A DNA stretch of 64,000 nt, from assembly GCA_035221665.1 (NCBI GenBank), contig CM069132.1, positions 64,232,001 to 64,296,000 on the forward strand, read 5' to 3'. A program made the translations under genes and the position numbers. The stretch is from Okamejei kenojei. Taxonomy: Eukaryota. The notes beneath the pieces are model-generated. The model was not told where the DNA came from, ran no database searches, and saw only the letters and a program-made list of their open reading frames with translations. Within the stretch, counting starts at the first letter, position 1. Every line of letters starts with the position of its first letter. This document shows, piece after piece, positions 49,600 to 61,000 of this stretch.

Positions 49600-52500
49600 C
49601 ATGAATTTGATAGAAAGTGGAGTTACGTGGGATAGGCCAGTCTGAATAGGTGAGTTTTGAGGGAGGTTTTAAAGGTGGGGAGAGACTCTGTGGTACGGAC
49701 GGATAGTGAGAGAGAGTTCCAGAGGCGAGGGGCAGAACGGCTGAAGGCTCTGAAACCCATCGTGGACAGGCAGGCAGATGGAGTGGAGAGCACGGAGGAA
49801 GAAGAGGATCGGAGAGTTCGGGATGGAGTGTAAGGCTGGAGGAGTTCAGAGAGGTATGGAGGAGCGAGATTGTGGAGGGCTTTGAAAGTGAGGAGGGGAA
49901 TCTTAAAATCAATGCGGTATTGGACAGGGAGCCAGTGCAGTTGTTTGAGGATGGGAGTGATGGGTTTCTGGTGATAATGTGGGCAGCTGAGTTCTGGACC
50001 AATTGGAGTTTATGGATGGACTTGTGGGGTAAACCAGAGAGGAGAGAGTTACGATAATCAACACGGGAGGTGACGAGGGCGTGGATGAGAGTAGCAGTGC
50101 TGTTTGGTGTGAGCGATGGACGAAGACGGTGGATAGTGCGCAGGTGACAGTAAGCAGACCGAGTGAGATTATTGATGTCTTTTTCAAAAGAAAGTGTGCT
50201 ATCAGGGATGACACCCAGACTCTTGACCTGAGGGGAAGGAGGGGCTATGGAATTGTCAATGGTGAGTGACAAATTCAGACATTTAGATAGGATGGATTTG
50301 GAGCCAACAAGGAGAATTTCAGTTTTGTCACTTGAGTTTGAGGAAGTTGTAAGCAAACCAGGTTTTAATTTCCACTAAACAATCAGACAGGGAAGAGGGA
50401 GGAAGCATGGAAATGGGGTTGGTGGACAGACAGAGCTGGGTGTCACCCGCGTAGCAGTGAAATTGAATGTTGCATTTCCTGAAAATAAAACCAAAGGGAA
50501 GTAAATAAATTATAAAAAGGAGGGCCCTAGGACTGAGCCCTGGGCAACACCACTGGTGACTGGGGAGGGTTGTGATTGGACAGTTTTAAGTTGTACAAAC
50601 TGAGTGCGGCCAGAGAGGTATGATGTGAACCAGGTGAGTGATGTGTTGATGATACCAATGGAGGTTAGACGGTAGAGGAGGATGTTGTGAGAGATGAAGG
50701 CAGCAGTCAAATCAAGAAGGATGAGTATGGCGAGACAACTGGAGTCGGCAGCCATCAGCAGGTCGTTGATGACCTAGACTAATGCAGATCCTGTGCTATA
50801 GAGAGGGCGAAAACCAGATTGAAATTGTGCATAGAGGTTTATTGCTGATGAGATGATTATGATCCTGCGCTGCAACTGTTTTCTCTAGTATTTTAGAGAT
50901 AAATGGCTATTTTAGAGATAAATTGGTCAGAAATTATTTATATTTATGGGATTTGCACCGGGTTTCTTTTTGTTTGTAAAATAATTTTATTAGAAGTAAT
51001 TACATATTACAAAGAAATAATATAAGATCAAAGACAAAGAAAAAAATATTATCGTCACATGCATTCTTAATATTTTAAACCTTTACAGTCAATCTTATTT
51101 ATACTTCTATATATATTTTTATTTTATAACAGTAGGAAATAGGTAATAAAGAGAAAAAGAGATAAAAAAGAGATAAATTAATGAGTGGAGTATTAAACAA
51201 GATATTCTTCATTGGAGATATATTCATGATCTATTGTATATAATTCTTCATCTATTCATTCAGGCTTCAGTCATGGACTCGAACCGGACCATCTTAACCC
51301 TTTAAATATTCAATAAATGGAGACCATATTCCTCTGAATTGATCCAACCTGTCCATCAGGACAAGTCTTAATCGTTCCAGATGAAGTGTCTCCGACATTT
51401 CTGTAATCCACATTTTAATTGTAGGGGAAATGGGACCGGGTTTCTTAAGTACTGGAGCTATTGCAGCGGTTTTGAGAGAGGAAGGAACATGAGCAGAAAT
51501 AAGGGAGGAGTGGATGATGTTAGTTATGAAAGAGGAGAGGGAAGGCAAACAGGTTTTGACTAAGTGGATGGGGAGGGGGGTCGAGCTGGCAGGTGGATGA
51601 TTTGGATTTTCAGATGAGATCAGATAGTTCAGTAACAGTTGGGAGTTGAAAATCAGATAATAAAGAAAAGGGGGGACAGAAGAAGGTGGATGGAGTGCAC
51701 TATTATCCATATTAGATAAAGAGGAGAGCTGTTTGTGAATGTTTTCAATTTTGGTTTTGAAAAAGGACATAAAACTATTACATTGAGAAGTTGAGTACAA
51801 GTGGGGTGGAAGAGTATAAGATGGTCGTGAGATCATGTTCATTGTGGAAAACAGGGCTCGTGTGTTCCCTTCGCCAGATGAAATTAAGTTAGCATAGTAT
51901 ATGGATTTAGCTGTGGAGAGGGCATCCTTATAGTGCATGTCATACATGTTGTCATACATGTCCTTGTGAACAGCATGTCCGTTTTTTTTTGTAGAGATGT
52001 TCCAGGCGATGTCCTTTTATTTTTAGCTTGCATAGAGCAGGTGTGTACCGGGGGCAGAGTGAGTAAAATAAACAGTCTGGGTTTTCAGAGGAGCGAGAGT
52101 GTCCAGGAGAATGTGAAGTCCATCATTGTAATGTGAAACCACATCATCAGTGTTGACTGATTTATCTGTATCGAGGAGATTGTTAATTCCAACAGAGAGA
52201 GCAGGTAGATCAATATTCTTGATGTTACGAAATGAGATGGAGCCAGACTGATTTGTTTTGGGTGGTGGTAAGTTGACATTAAAGGAAATTAGCTTATGAT
52301 CAGAGATGGGCAGATCAGATGCCATACAGTTAAAAGGGGTTAAACCAGAGCAGCAGATGAGGTCCAGGATGTGACCTTTGTTGTGTGTGGGAAAGTCAAT
52401 ATGTTGCTGTAATCCAAAACTGTCTAGAGTTGACGAAAAGTCCCTTGTAAGAGTGTTGCTGATATTGTCCATATGAATATTAAGATGACCCAGTATTATG

Positions 52501-53529
52501 ACATTTGGGGACATGGAGCAAATGGATGTTAAAAAGGAAGAAAAATCATAAAAAATATTATTATTGGGCTTGGGTGGGCGATAGATAGTGGCTAAAACAG
52601 TAGGGATGGGTCCACTGATTTGTAGGAATATGCATTTGAATGAGTTGTGGGCAGGGACAGTGACAGGAGACACTCTCCACTTGTCATTGTAGAGCATTGC
52701 GACACCGCCCCCCTCGACCTGCGGCTTGTGATTGACAGGTGTAAGCAAACCCAGGTGGGACAGCCTCGTTGAGCTGTGTGTAGTCATTCTGACGCTGCCA
52801 GGTTTCAGTCAGGCACAAGAAGTCTAATTTGTTGTCCTGTAAAAGATCGTAGACCGGGGACCCTTGTTGGTGAGTGAACGGATGTTGAACAGCCCGATGG
52901 AGACACTGGTGTGGCTGGGATTAGCGCTAGCCGACCTGGCTAGGTTAGCCAGCACATTGTGGTGCTTTCTCGGGGGATGACGTGACGATGACCAGAAGGA
53001 TCTTATTGGCTTTGTGTCATCAATGCTGAATCTCCGTCCGGAGCCACGGTGGATATATTTCCGACGATAATGACGAGCCAGATCCAGGTGAAGATGTAAC
53101 ACCGGGGGTGGGTCGGACAGGTTGGGTCGCAGTTGGAGAGGCTCATCCACTGAGTATTGGAGAATCGGTGTAACAGGATCGAGTGTGGACGAGAGAGTGA
53201 TCCAGACAAGCACAGTCCATAAAAACAAGCTGTTAATCCTCATTGTGGCCAGCGATTAATCCAAACGCCGGCAGCCGAAACAGGAGCAGCAGGTAGTGGA
53301 GGTGAGGTCATGAGCTCCAGCAACCAAAAGACGAAGATAATAACAGTCAATATATGCAGGTTATTCCAGTAAAGTCAGCAGACAAGTTGCTGAAGTGTGT
53401 TGACAGATAGATTCCCTGCTCAATTTGCAGTAAGAAGTAGTAGGGACAACAATAATACATAATTCGGAGAGAGAGCAGCGGCAGCTAGTCGCGCCAGCGT
53501 TCACTCTCACTTCCGGCAGCCATCTTGAG
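49600..53529 (-). mobile_element. Near-full-length L2-clade LINE, single ORF, frameshifted
   Basis: 5' CAAGATGGCTGCCGGAAGTG; endonuclease (LFNIRSLTNK, IYRPPK, PTHNKGHILDL, SDHKLI); RT ([47 protein letters not shown]). Confidence 0.9.
50969..51434 (-). mobile_element. L1 3' fragment inserted in the L2
   Basis: 12-bp TSD ACCGGGTTTCTT at 50957-50968 and 51435-51446; MWITEMSETLHLE; same 3' UTR as 57094-57570. Confidence 0.9.
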
Positions 53530-54114
53530 TAATCTCATATTCTTTTGGAAGTCTACATGTTATTGGACCTTGAAATGGTGTTGCACAGTTTTGTATCTGA
53601 CCAGCTGTAAATGGTCAGTGAGTAAGGCAACATCAGTGAGGGCAATTTAATTGGTTTAGATCAATGTCCTTTCTCAGAAAACTTATAAAAGGACATTTGC
53701 ATATTATTTCTAGCACACTGTTTCAATGCTTGTAATGATTCTCATTGTAAAACCATTTATGTACAAAGTGACATTTTCTAGTGAACAGGCGTGATAGAAA
53801 TCCAGAAATGTTATCAAACTCCTGAGGTAATGAGGGCAAATCATGATTGATTAGCTATTATTATTATTATGCAACATCTGCAATAAAAACTGTAAAATTT
53901 AACCACACAACAAACAGTAACAGATAAATGAAGGCGTCTAGATGATGTCCTGTTAGTTTCAGCCAACAGGTGGATTTGGTGGAGAAGAAACTGTGTCAGT
54001 TGGGGGCAGAAAGGAAATGTATAACATGCAGTAGCGGTATTTCTTTAAGTGTATTCTGTGTAAGTGTATCCCGGTTTTATATAAGGGTGATATGTGTGGT
54101 GTTACGAGTTTAAT

Positions 54115-54360
54115 AGTCAAAGAGTGATATAGTGTGGGAATAGGCCCTTCGGCCCAACTTGCCCACAATGGCCAATATGTCCCAGCTAACTCGTCCCACC
54201 TGCCTGCGTTTGGTCCATATCCCTCCAAACCTGTCCTATCCATATACCTGTCTAACTGTTTCTTAAATGTTGGGATAGTTCCTGCCTTAACTACCTCCTC
54301 TGGCAGTGTGTTCCATACAGCAATCATTGTGTGAAAAAGCTACCCCTCAGATTCCTATTC
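54115..54360 (-). mobile_element. CR1 3' end
   Basis: VWNTLPEEVVKAGTIPTFKKQLDRYM. Confidence 0.85.
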
Positions 54361-54389
54361 GAGCCTACTCCTATTCTTTTCCCCTTCGA

Positions 54390-55935
54390 GCTTAAAGCTC
54401 AGTTAGAGATTGGTAGATGTGACATTGTGGGGATTACAGATTACATGGCTGCAGGAGGATCGGGGCTGGAAACTGAATATTCAGGGGTATACATACTAGA
54501 GAAAGGATGGGCAGGTAGGCAGAGGAGGTGGGGTAGCTCTGTTGGTGAGGGGTGAAATTCAGTCCCTTGCGAGGGGTGACATAGGGACTGATGATGTAGA
54601 TTCGCTGTGGACAGAATTGAGGAATTGTAAAGGTAAGACGACACTAATGGGAGTTATCTACGGGCCCCCAAACAGTAGCCTGGATATAGGGTACAAGTTG
54701 CAGCAGGAGTTAAAATTGGCATGTAACAAAGGTGGTTATGGGAGGTTTCAATATGCAGATAGATTGGGAAAATCGGGTTGGTTCTGGACCCCAAGAAAGG
54801 GAGTTTGTAGAGTGCCTCCGAGATGGATTCTTAGAGTAGCTTGTACTGGAGCCTACCAGAGAGAAGGTAATTCTGGATTTGGTGTTGTCTAATAAACCAG
54901 ATATAATAAGGGAAATCAAGGTAAAGGAACCATTTGGAGGTAGTGACCATAATATGGTAAGTTTTAATCTGCAATTTGAGAGGGAGAAGGTTAAATCAGA
55001 AGTGTCCATGAAGGCATGAGAGAGGAGTTGGCCAAGGTTGCCTGGAAAAGGATCCTAGCAGGAATGACGGTGGAATAGCATTGGCAGGAATTTCTGGGCA
55101 TAATCTAGAAGATGCAGGATCTTTTCTAAAGGGAGTAAGAGGCAACTGTGGCTGATGAGGGAAGTTGGGGATGGGATAGAACTAAAGGAAAAGGCATATA
55201 ACATAATAGCAAAGAGTAGCAGGAAGCCAGAGGATTGAGAAATGTTCAAAGGACACCAGAAGGTAACAAAAAGGGCAATACGGGGGGAAAAGATGAAGTA
55301 CGAGGATAAAATGTTTAAGAAGGAACTGCAGATGCTGGAAAATCGAAGGTAGAAACACTTCTTCTGAAACCTGAAGAAGGGTTTCGACCCGAAACATTGC
55401 CTATTTCCTTCACTCCATAGATGCTGCCTCACCCGCTGAGTTTCTCCAGCATTTTTGTCTAAGTACGAGGGTAAGCTGGCCAAGAATATAAAGAAAGACA
55501 GTAAAAGCTTCTTTAGGTATGTTAAGAGAAAAAGATTAGTGAAGACAAATGTGGGTCCCTTGAAGGCAGAAACAGGTGAAATTATTATGGGGGACAAGGA
55601 AATGGCACAAGAGTTGAACAGGTACTTTGTTTTGTGTCTTCCTTAGTAAAGACAGAACCAATTTTCCAGATGTACTAGAGGACAGAGGAACTGAAAGAAA
55701 TTTGCATTAGGCGAGAAATAGTATTGGGTAGACTGAAGGCTGATAAATCCCCAGGGCCTGATGGTCTGCATCCCAGGGTACACAAGGGGGTGGTTCTGAA
55801 AGTTGTGGACACGTTGGTGATCATTTTCCGATGTTCTAGCGATTCAGGATCAGTTCCGGTGGATTTGAGTGTAGCAAATGTTATCCCGCTTTTCAAGAAA
55901 GGAGCGTGGAGAAAACGGAGAATTATAGACCTGCT
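54390..55935 (+). mobile_element. CR1 ORF2 endonuclease-to-RT fragment with Penelope palindrome insertion (about 55310-55460)
   Basis: LWTELRNCKG..GVIYGPPN, GGSDHN, KSPGPDGLHPRV; TSD AAGTACGAGG at 55296 and 55461. Confidence 0.88.
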
Positions 55936-56289
55936 AGCAAGACTCTCACAACTCTTTTACTGTGATGCCAGCTAGGCAACCTAGGCAGTTTTTTAGGTTG
56001 CCAAATGACAGTTTAGGTGGTCATTTATGACGGCCTGCGATAATGTGCTCGGACGAAGTTCGTAGTTTCCAGTTGGAATTATGCTCAATGAAGCATTCAC
56101 ATATTATTTCTGCTTCAAATAAAGTCACAAACTAAACATTCACCAATTAAGACATGATATATACCACAATGACATGCAGCAAAATTATAATACAGTATCT
56201 CAACTCGTTTCACACATTACAATGAATGCAATTTCTATTATTTCTTTCCACTTCCAAACAAAAATGTGGTTGGATTATTCAGTGTATGA

Positions 56290-56740
56290 TCATCCTCGGT
56301 GAGACCAAGCGCAGGCTTGGCGATCACTTCGCACAACACCTCCACTCAGTTCGCAATAACCAACCTGATCTCCCGGTGCCTCATCACTTCAACTCCCCCT
56401 CCCATTCCAAATCCGACCTTTCTGTCCTGAGCCTCCTCCTTGGCCAGAGTGAGGCCCATCGTAAATTGGAGGAACAGCACCTCATATTTCGCTTGGGTAG
56501 TTTACACCCCAGCGATATGAACATTGGCTTCACCAATTTCAGGTAGTCCTTGCTTTCTCCCTCCTTCCCCTCCCATTCCCAGCTCTCCCACAGCCTACTG
56601 TCTCCGCCTCTTCCTTTCTTTTTCCCACACCCCCCCACTTGACATCAGTCTGAAGAAGGGTCTCGACACGAAACATTGCCTATTCCTTCGCTCCATAGAT
56701 GCTGCCTCACCCGCTGATTTTCTCCAGCTTTTTTGTTTAC
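56290..56740 (+). mobile_element. Penelope GIY-YIG C-terminus and pLTR
   Basis: GETKRRLGDHFAQHL..RKLEEQHLIFRLG; CTGAAGAAGGGTCTCGACACGAAAC at about 56649-56674. Confidence 0.88.
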
Positions 56741-56814
56741 CACCCATTCACACAAGTTCTGTTATCCCACTTTCCTCACCCACTGCCTACACATTAGGGC
56801 CAATTTTACAGAGA

Positions 56815-56970
56815 CAAGTTAACCTACAAAGCCAATGCATCTTTGGGATGTGGGAGGAAACCCACACGCTTGCAGGGAGAATGTGCAAATTCAACACAGA
56901 CAGTGCCCGAGGACAGGATCGAACACAGATCTCTGGCGTGTGAGGCAGCAAGTCTACCAGCTGTGCCGCT
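56815..56970 (-). mobile_element. tRNA-derived V-SINE-like SINE, decayed
   Basis: Reverse B box near 56915-56925 and central CATCTTTGGGATGTGGGAGGAAACC domain. Confidence 0.7.
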
Positions 56971-57093
56971 ATATTTTGTTTTCCAACACACAAGAAATTA
57001 TATGTTGATAACTTTGGTGACTGAAAATGGATAGTTTTTTTTAGTCTTAAATTCCTCAAGGGCCTGTCCCACTTACGCTTCCTTGGCTCGCAA

Positions 57094-59673
57094 TTTTTTT
57101 TGTAAAATATTTTTATTAGAAGTAAATACATATTAAGGAATAACATAAAATGAAAAAAGTAAAAAACATATTATTCGTCACATACATTCTTAATATTTTT
57201 AAAGTTTACAGTCGTTCTTATTTATACTTCCATACTTTTTATTATTTTATAACAGAAAGAAAATAGTAAAGACAAATAATAAAAAGAAATAAAATAGAAG
57301 TAGAAAATCGATAAAATGAGTGGAGTATAAAACAAGATATTCTTCATTGGAGATATATGCGTGGTCTATTGTACATAGTTCTTCATCTATTCCTTCATTC
57401 AGGCTTCAGTCAGGCCCTCGAACCGGACCTCCTTGACCCTTTAAGTATTCGAAAAATGGAGACCATATTTCTCTGAATAGATCTAGCTTGTCCAAAAGGT
57501 CAAGTCTTAGTCTTTCCAGATGAAGTGTCTCCGACATTTCTGTAATCCACATTTTGATTGTGGGGGATGTAGGACCTTTCCAAAATCGTAGTATTAGTTT
57601 TTACCAATTATTAAACTATTACCAATAAAAATTATTTGCTGTGTTGTTAGTAGATGATCCGTTTCTATTATTTCTAATATAATTAATTTTGAGTCTGGAG
57701 TCAGATTTGCATTAACTACTTTTGAGATTATGTTAAAAATTTATATCCAAAAATTAGTAATTTTTATACATTTTGTGAATGAATGCGTTAGATTAGCTTC
57801 TAAATGCTGACATTTATCACATATAGCAGAAACGTTTGAAAAAATTCTGTTTAATTTGGATTTCGAAAAGTAATCTATGTAAAACTTTAAATTGTATCAG
57901 GGAGTGTCTGGCATTTAATGAGCAGTGGTGTATATGTTGTAAACTTTCATTCCATACTTCTACACTAATTGTTTGTCTTAATTCATTTTCTCGTGCTTGC
58001 CTATATATTTCCGACTTTGGTAAATCATTTTCCAGTAAAATATTATAAATATATGATATAAATGTTTCTGTATTTGGATATTTATTTAGACATTCATCTA
58101 AAATTTCTGTCTTTCTATTTCTAAAATCCTGTGTGTTTGATTTAACATAGTCTCTAATTTGTAAATATCCAAAGTACTCTTTTGAGTGTAATCCATAATT
58201 TTGTTGTAATTCCTGAAATGAAAGGAATAAACTTTCCCTGTAGAGATCACCTATCTTATTTATTCCATAGTTCTTCCATTTTTAAAAACCTTTATCCATC
58301 ATTGAAGGTTTAAAAGTGATGTTATTTACAATGGGAAGAGCTAGTGGTATACTTACTAATTTTAATGTTTTCTTTAATTGTTTCCAAATACGTATGCCAC
58401 TTTCTATTATTGGATTTCCTCTATAACTTTTTTTATGTATTTTAGTATTAGCAAATAAAATCGAGCTAATTTCAAAAGGTGAACAATCTTCCTTTTCCAT
58501 TTTTAACGTTTGGTTGTTTATCTACTTCTTCCAACCAAAAGTTCATATTTTTAATATTAACTGCCCAATAATAATAGAATATTGACTGGCCTTGAGGGGG
58601 ATACGACATATATTGCCTGAAGTAGATTCATATTGCCCGAGTCGAAGACGAGGGCAATATGGATCTAGTGAGGGCAATATATGTCGTATCCCCCGAAAGA
58701 GGACAGTCAATATTGTTATTATTACCCATTATCAGACATCTAGAGGAAAATCTCAACATCTCAGCTCGGCGGACTTCCACGTAAAATTTAGCCAAAATGG
58801 ACGCGGCAGTCCTTCCTGTCTGCCGTTTGAATATCGACATCTAGACCCTTCTCCATCAAATATTCCTTGAATATCGTTACTGCTTGTTTCGTTGCCTTCT
58901 TCGTGTTCTGCGCGTCTTTGTTTTGTAAAATCTCGTCAAATTGCTGTTCGTCAAAAGTCGCGAACCTCTTCTCGCAGGAGGCTGCCATTTGCTTGTTTTG
59001 TCGAGAACAAATTCTAAATTTCCCACGCAGCGCCACATTGCCAAGTTCCCGGATGTGAGACGAGGGGAATATAAGACTATATTTACCGCTGTTTTAACAC
59101 TTAAAGTCCATAGGCGTTCGCAAGAAAGGGGAATACAAGAAAATATTCCCCTGTTAACCCTGCTGGCACTCAAAACGAAGGGAATACAATTTTGTAAAAG
59201 CATAGCTCAGATGTGTGATATGGGTAATAATAAAACATAAAATTAGGCAATGCAAAACCTCCATTAATTTTTGATTTACATAGATGTTTTTTATTTATTA
59301 TATGGCTCTTATAATCCCAAATAAAGTTGGTAACTATAGAGTCCACTTTCTTAAAAAAATTTTTAGGAAGATATATCGGGATCAGTTGAAACAGGTATAA
59401 TAATTGCTGAAGAAAAATCATTTATATCGCATTAATTCTACCTAGCATTGAAATAGGTAATGTTTTCTAATATAGGATATTCTTAAGTAATTTATTCAAT
59501 AGAGGTGGGAAATTAGATTTAAATAAAGAATCATATCTTTTTGTTACATGAATTCCAAGATATTTGATTTTTTCATTTGCTATCTTAAAAGGATATTGTT
59601 GTAATATATGTGAGTTATTTCCCATTATTGGCATAAATTCACTTTTATTCCAATTAATTCTATATCCTGAAAT
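57094..59673 (-). mobile_element. 5'-truncated L1 LINE
   Basis: ISGYRINWNKSE..KYLGI; GGFALPNFMFYY; poly(A) at 57094; 12-bp TSD CTTGGCTCGCAA at 57082-57093 and 59674-59685. Confidence 0.92.
58574..59225 (-). mobile_element. Non-autonomous Crypton-like (tyrosine-recombinase DNA transposon) element
   Basis: Peptide RFATFDEQQFDEILQNKDAQNTKKATKQAVTIFKEYL then, after a frameshift, ILAKFYVEVRR resembles the N-terminal region of CryptonA/DUF3504 proteins; AATAATA direct repeats at both ends; terminal foldback 58578-58714. Confidence 0.7.
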
Positions 59674-60029
59674 CTTGGCTCGCAAATTACGCGACCTTGT
59701 GGTTGCTTGTTGCTTGAGGCATACGGGCACCATATGGCCACGAGGGGCCGGTCCCACTTAGAAGCGCGGAGGGGTATGGAGTTGTGCGGGGCCGGTCCGG
59801 ACATCACGCAGGACTCCAAAATTCTTGCAGCGAACTAAATCTTCGCGCACCAACGGTCTGTTGCAGAACTGACCGCCAAAATGGGACAGGACCAAGACCC
59901 TGGCGCGACGCAACGTCTCACCTTCAACCTCAGCAGAAGCAGGCAAACGATCGCCAAACCCGGCCTGGGGCTCATGGCCTTTGCGGTCCGGATCCGCTCC
60001 CACTTCTACTCCCAGAGCGGGGCCAAGAA

Positions 60030-60226
60030 AATTGAAGATAGACACAAAATGCAGGAGTAACTCAGCGGGACCGGCAGCATCTCTGGGGAGAAACAATGGG
60101 TGTCGTTCGGGTCAAGACCCTTCTTTTCAAACTGAAGAAGAGTCTCGATACGAAACATCACCCATTGCTTCTCTCCAGAGATGCTGCCGGTCCCGCTGAG
60201 TTACTCCAGCTTTGTGTCCATCTTCA
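60030..60226. mobile_element. Palindromic Penelope pLTR inside the MITE
   Basis: TGAAGATAGACACAAA.. and ..TTTGTGTCCATCTTCA inverted arms around two opposed decayed hammerhead-like cores. Confidence 0.8.
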
Positions 60227-60420
60227 AATGACGTCATGCGCTCCAGACGGCTGTGCGTACGCATGTAATCGCGCCCAACCTTCGCTCGACCGACTCGGCT
60301 CAATGCGACCACGAGGTCGCGTAATCTGCGTACCAAGGACACGCAAGTGGGACAGGCCCTTAAGTCACACTATGTCCCCCTTTACAGCTACAGTATGTTT
60401 TAATTCAGTTCGAGACTATG

Positions 60421-60712
60421 CGGCATTACATTGGACATAAAGTTGCTGCCTAAAAGTGCCAGAGACCCGGAATTGATCCTGAATCTGGGTGCTGTCTGTA
60501 TGGAGTTTGCTCCTTTCCCCTTTGATCATATGGGTTTTCTCCGAGTGCTCTTGCTTCCTTCCACATTCCAAAGGTGTGCAGGAACCCTTTTCAGACCCAA
60601 CCCAAAACGTCATATTTTCCTTTTGTCCAGAGATTCTGTCTGACCTGTTGAGTTACTCCAGCTTTTTGTGTCTATCTTTGGTTTAAACCAGCATCTGCAG
60701 TTCCTTCCCACA
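60421..60712 (+). mobile_element. Decayed V-SINE 5' half fused to a Penelope pLTR fragment
   Basis: AAAGTTGCTGCCT..GAGACCCGG..GATCCTGA..TTCCACATTCCAAAG, then GAGTTACTCCAGC..CATCTGCAGTTCCTT. Confidence 0.65.
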
Positions 60713-61000
60713 CACACACGATACTGTACAATCGAACACGAACACACGCACACGCGCACACAGATGCGATATAGATATACGTTTTTATCTTTATTTTTTT
60801 TAACACACATTTTTATAGTTATATATTCATATATAAATAAGCACTGTTTTGTTTTCTCGTTTATAACATTGTTTACAGAGTACTATCTTTACATATTCTG
60901 TTGTGCTGCTGCAAGTAAGAATTTCATTGTTCTAACTGGGACGTGAGAGAATAAAACGCTCTTGACTCTTGACTTCCGTCGCTAATGTGTGGGATGGAAC

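Larger units (their letters stand above)
57059..60360. mobile_element. PIF/Harbinger-type MITE split by L1 (parts 57059-57093 and 59674-60360)
   Basis: TIRs AGGGCCTGTCCCACTT and AAGTGGGACAGGCCCT, extending to about 55 bp once the L1 is removed; flanks TCA/TAA. Confidence 0.85.
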
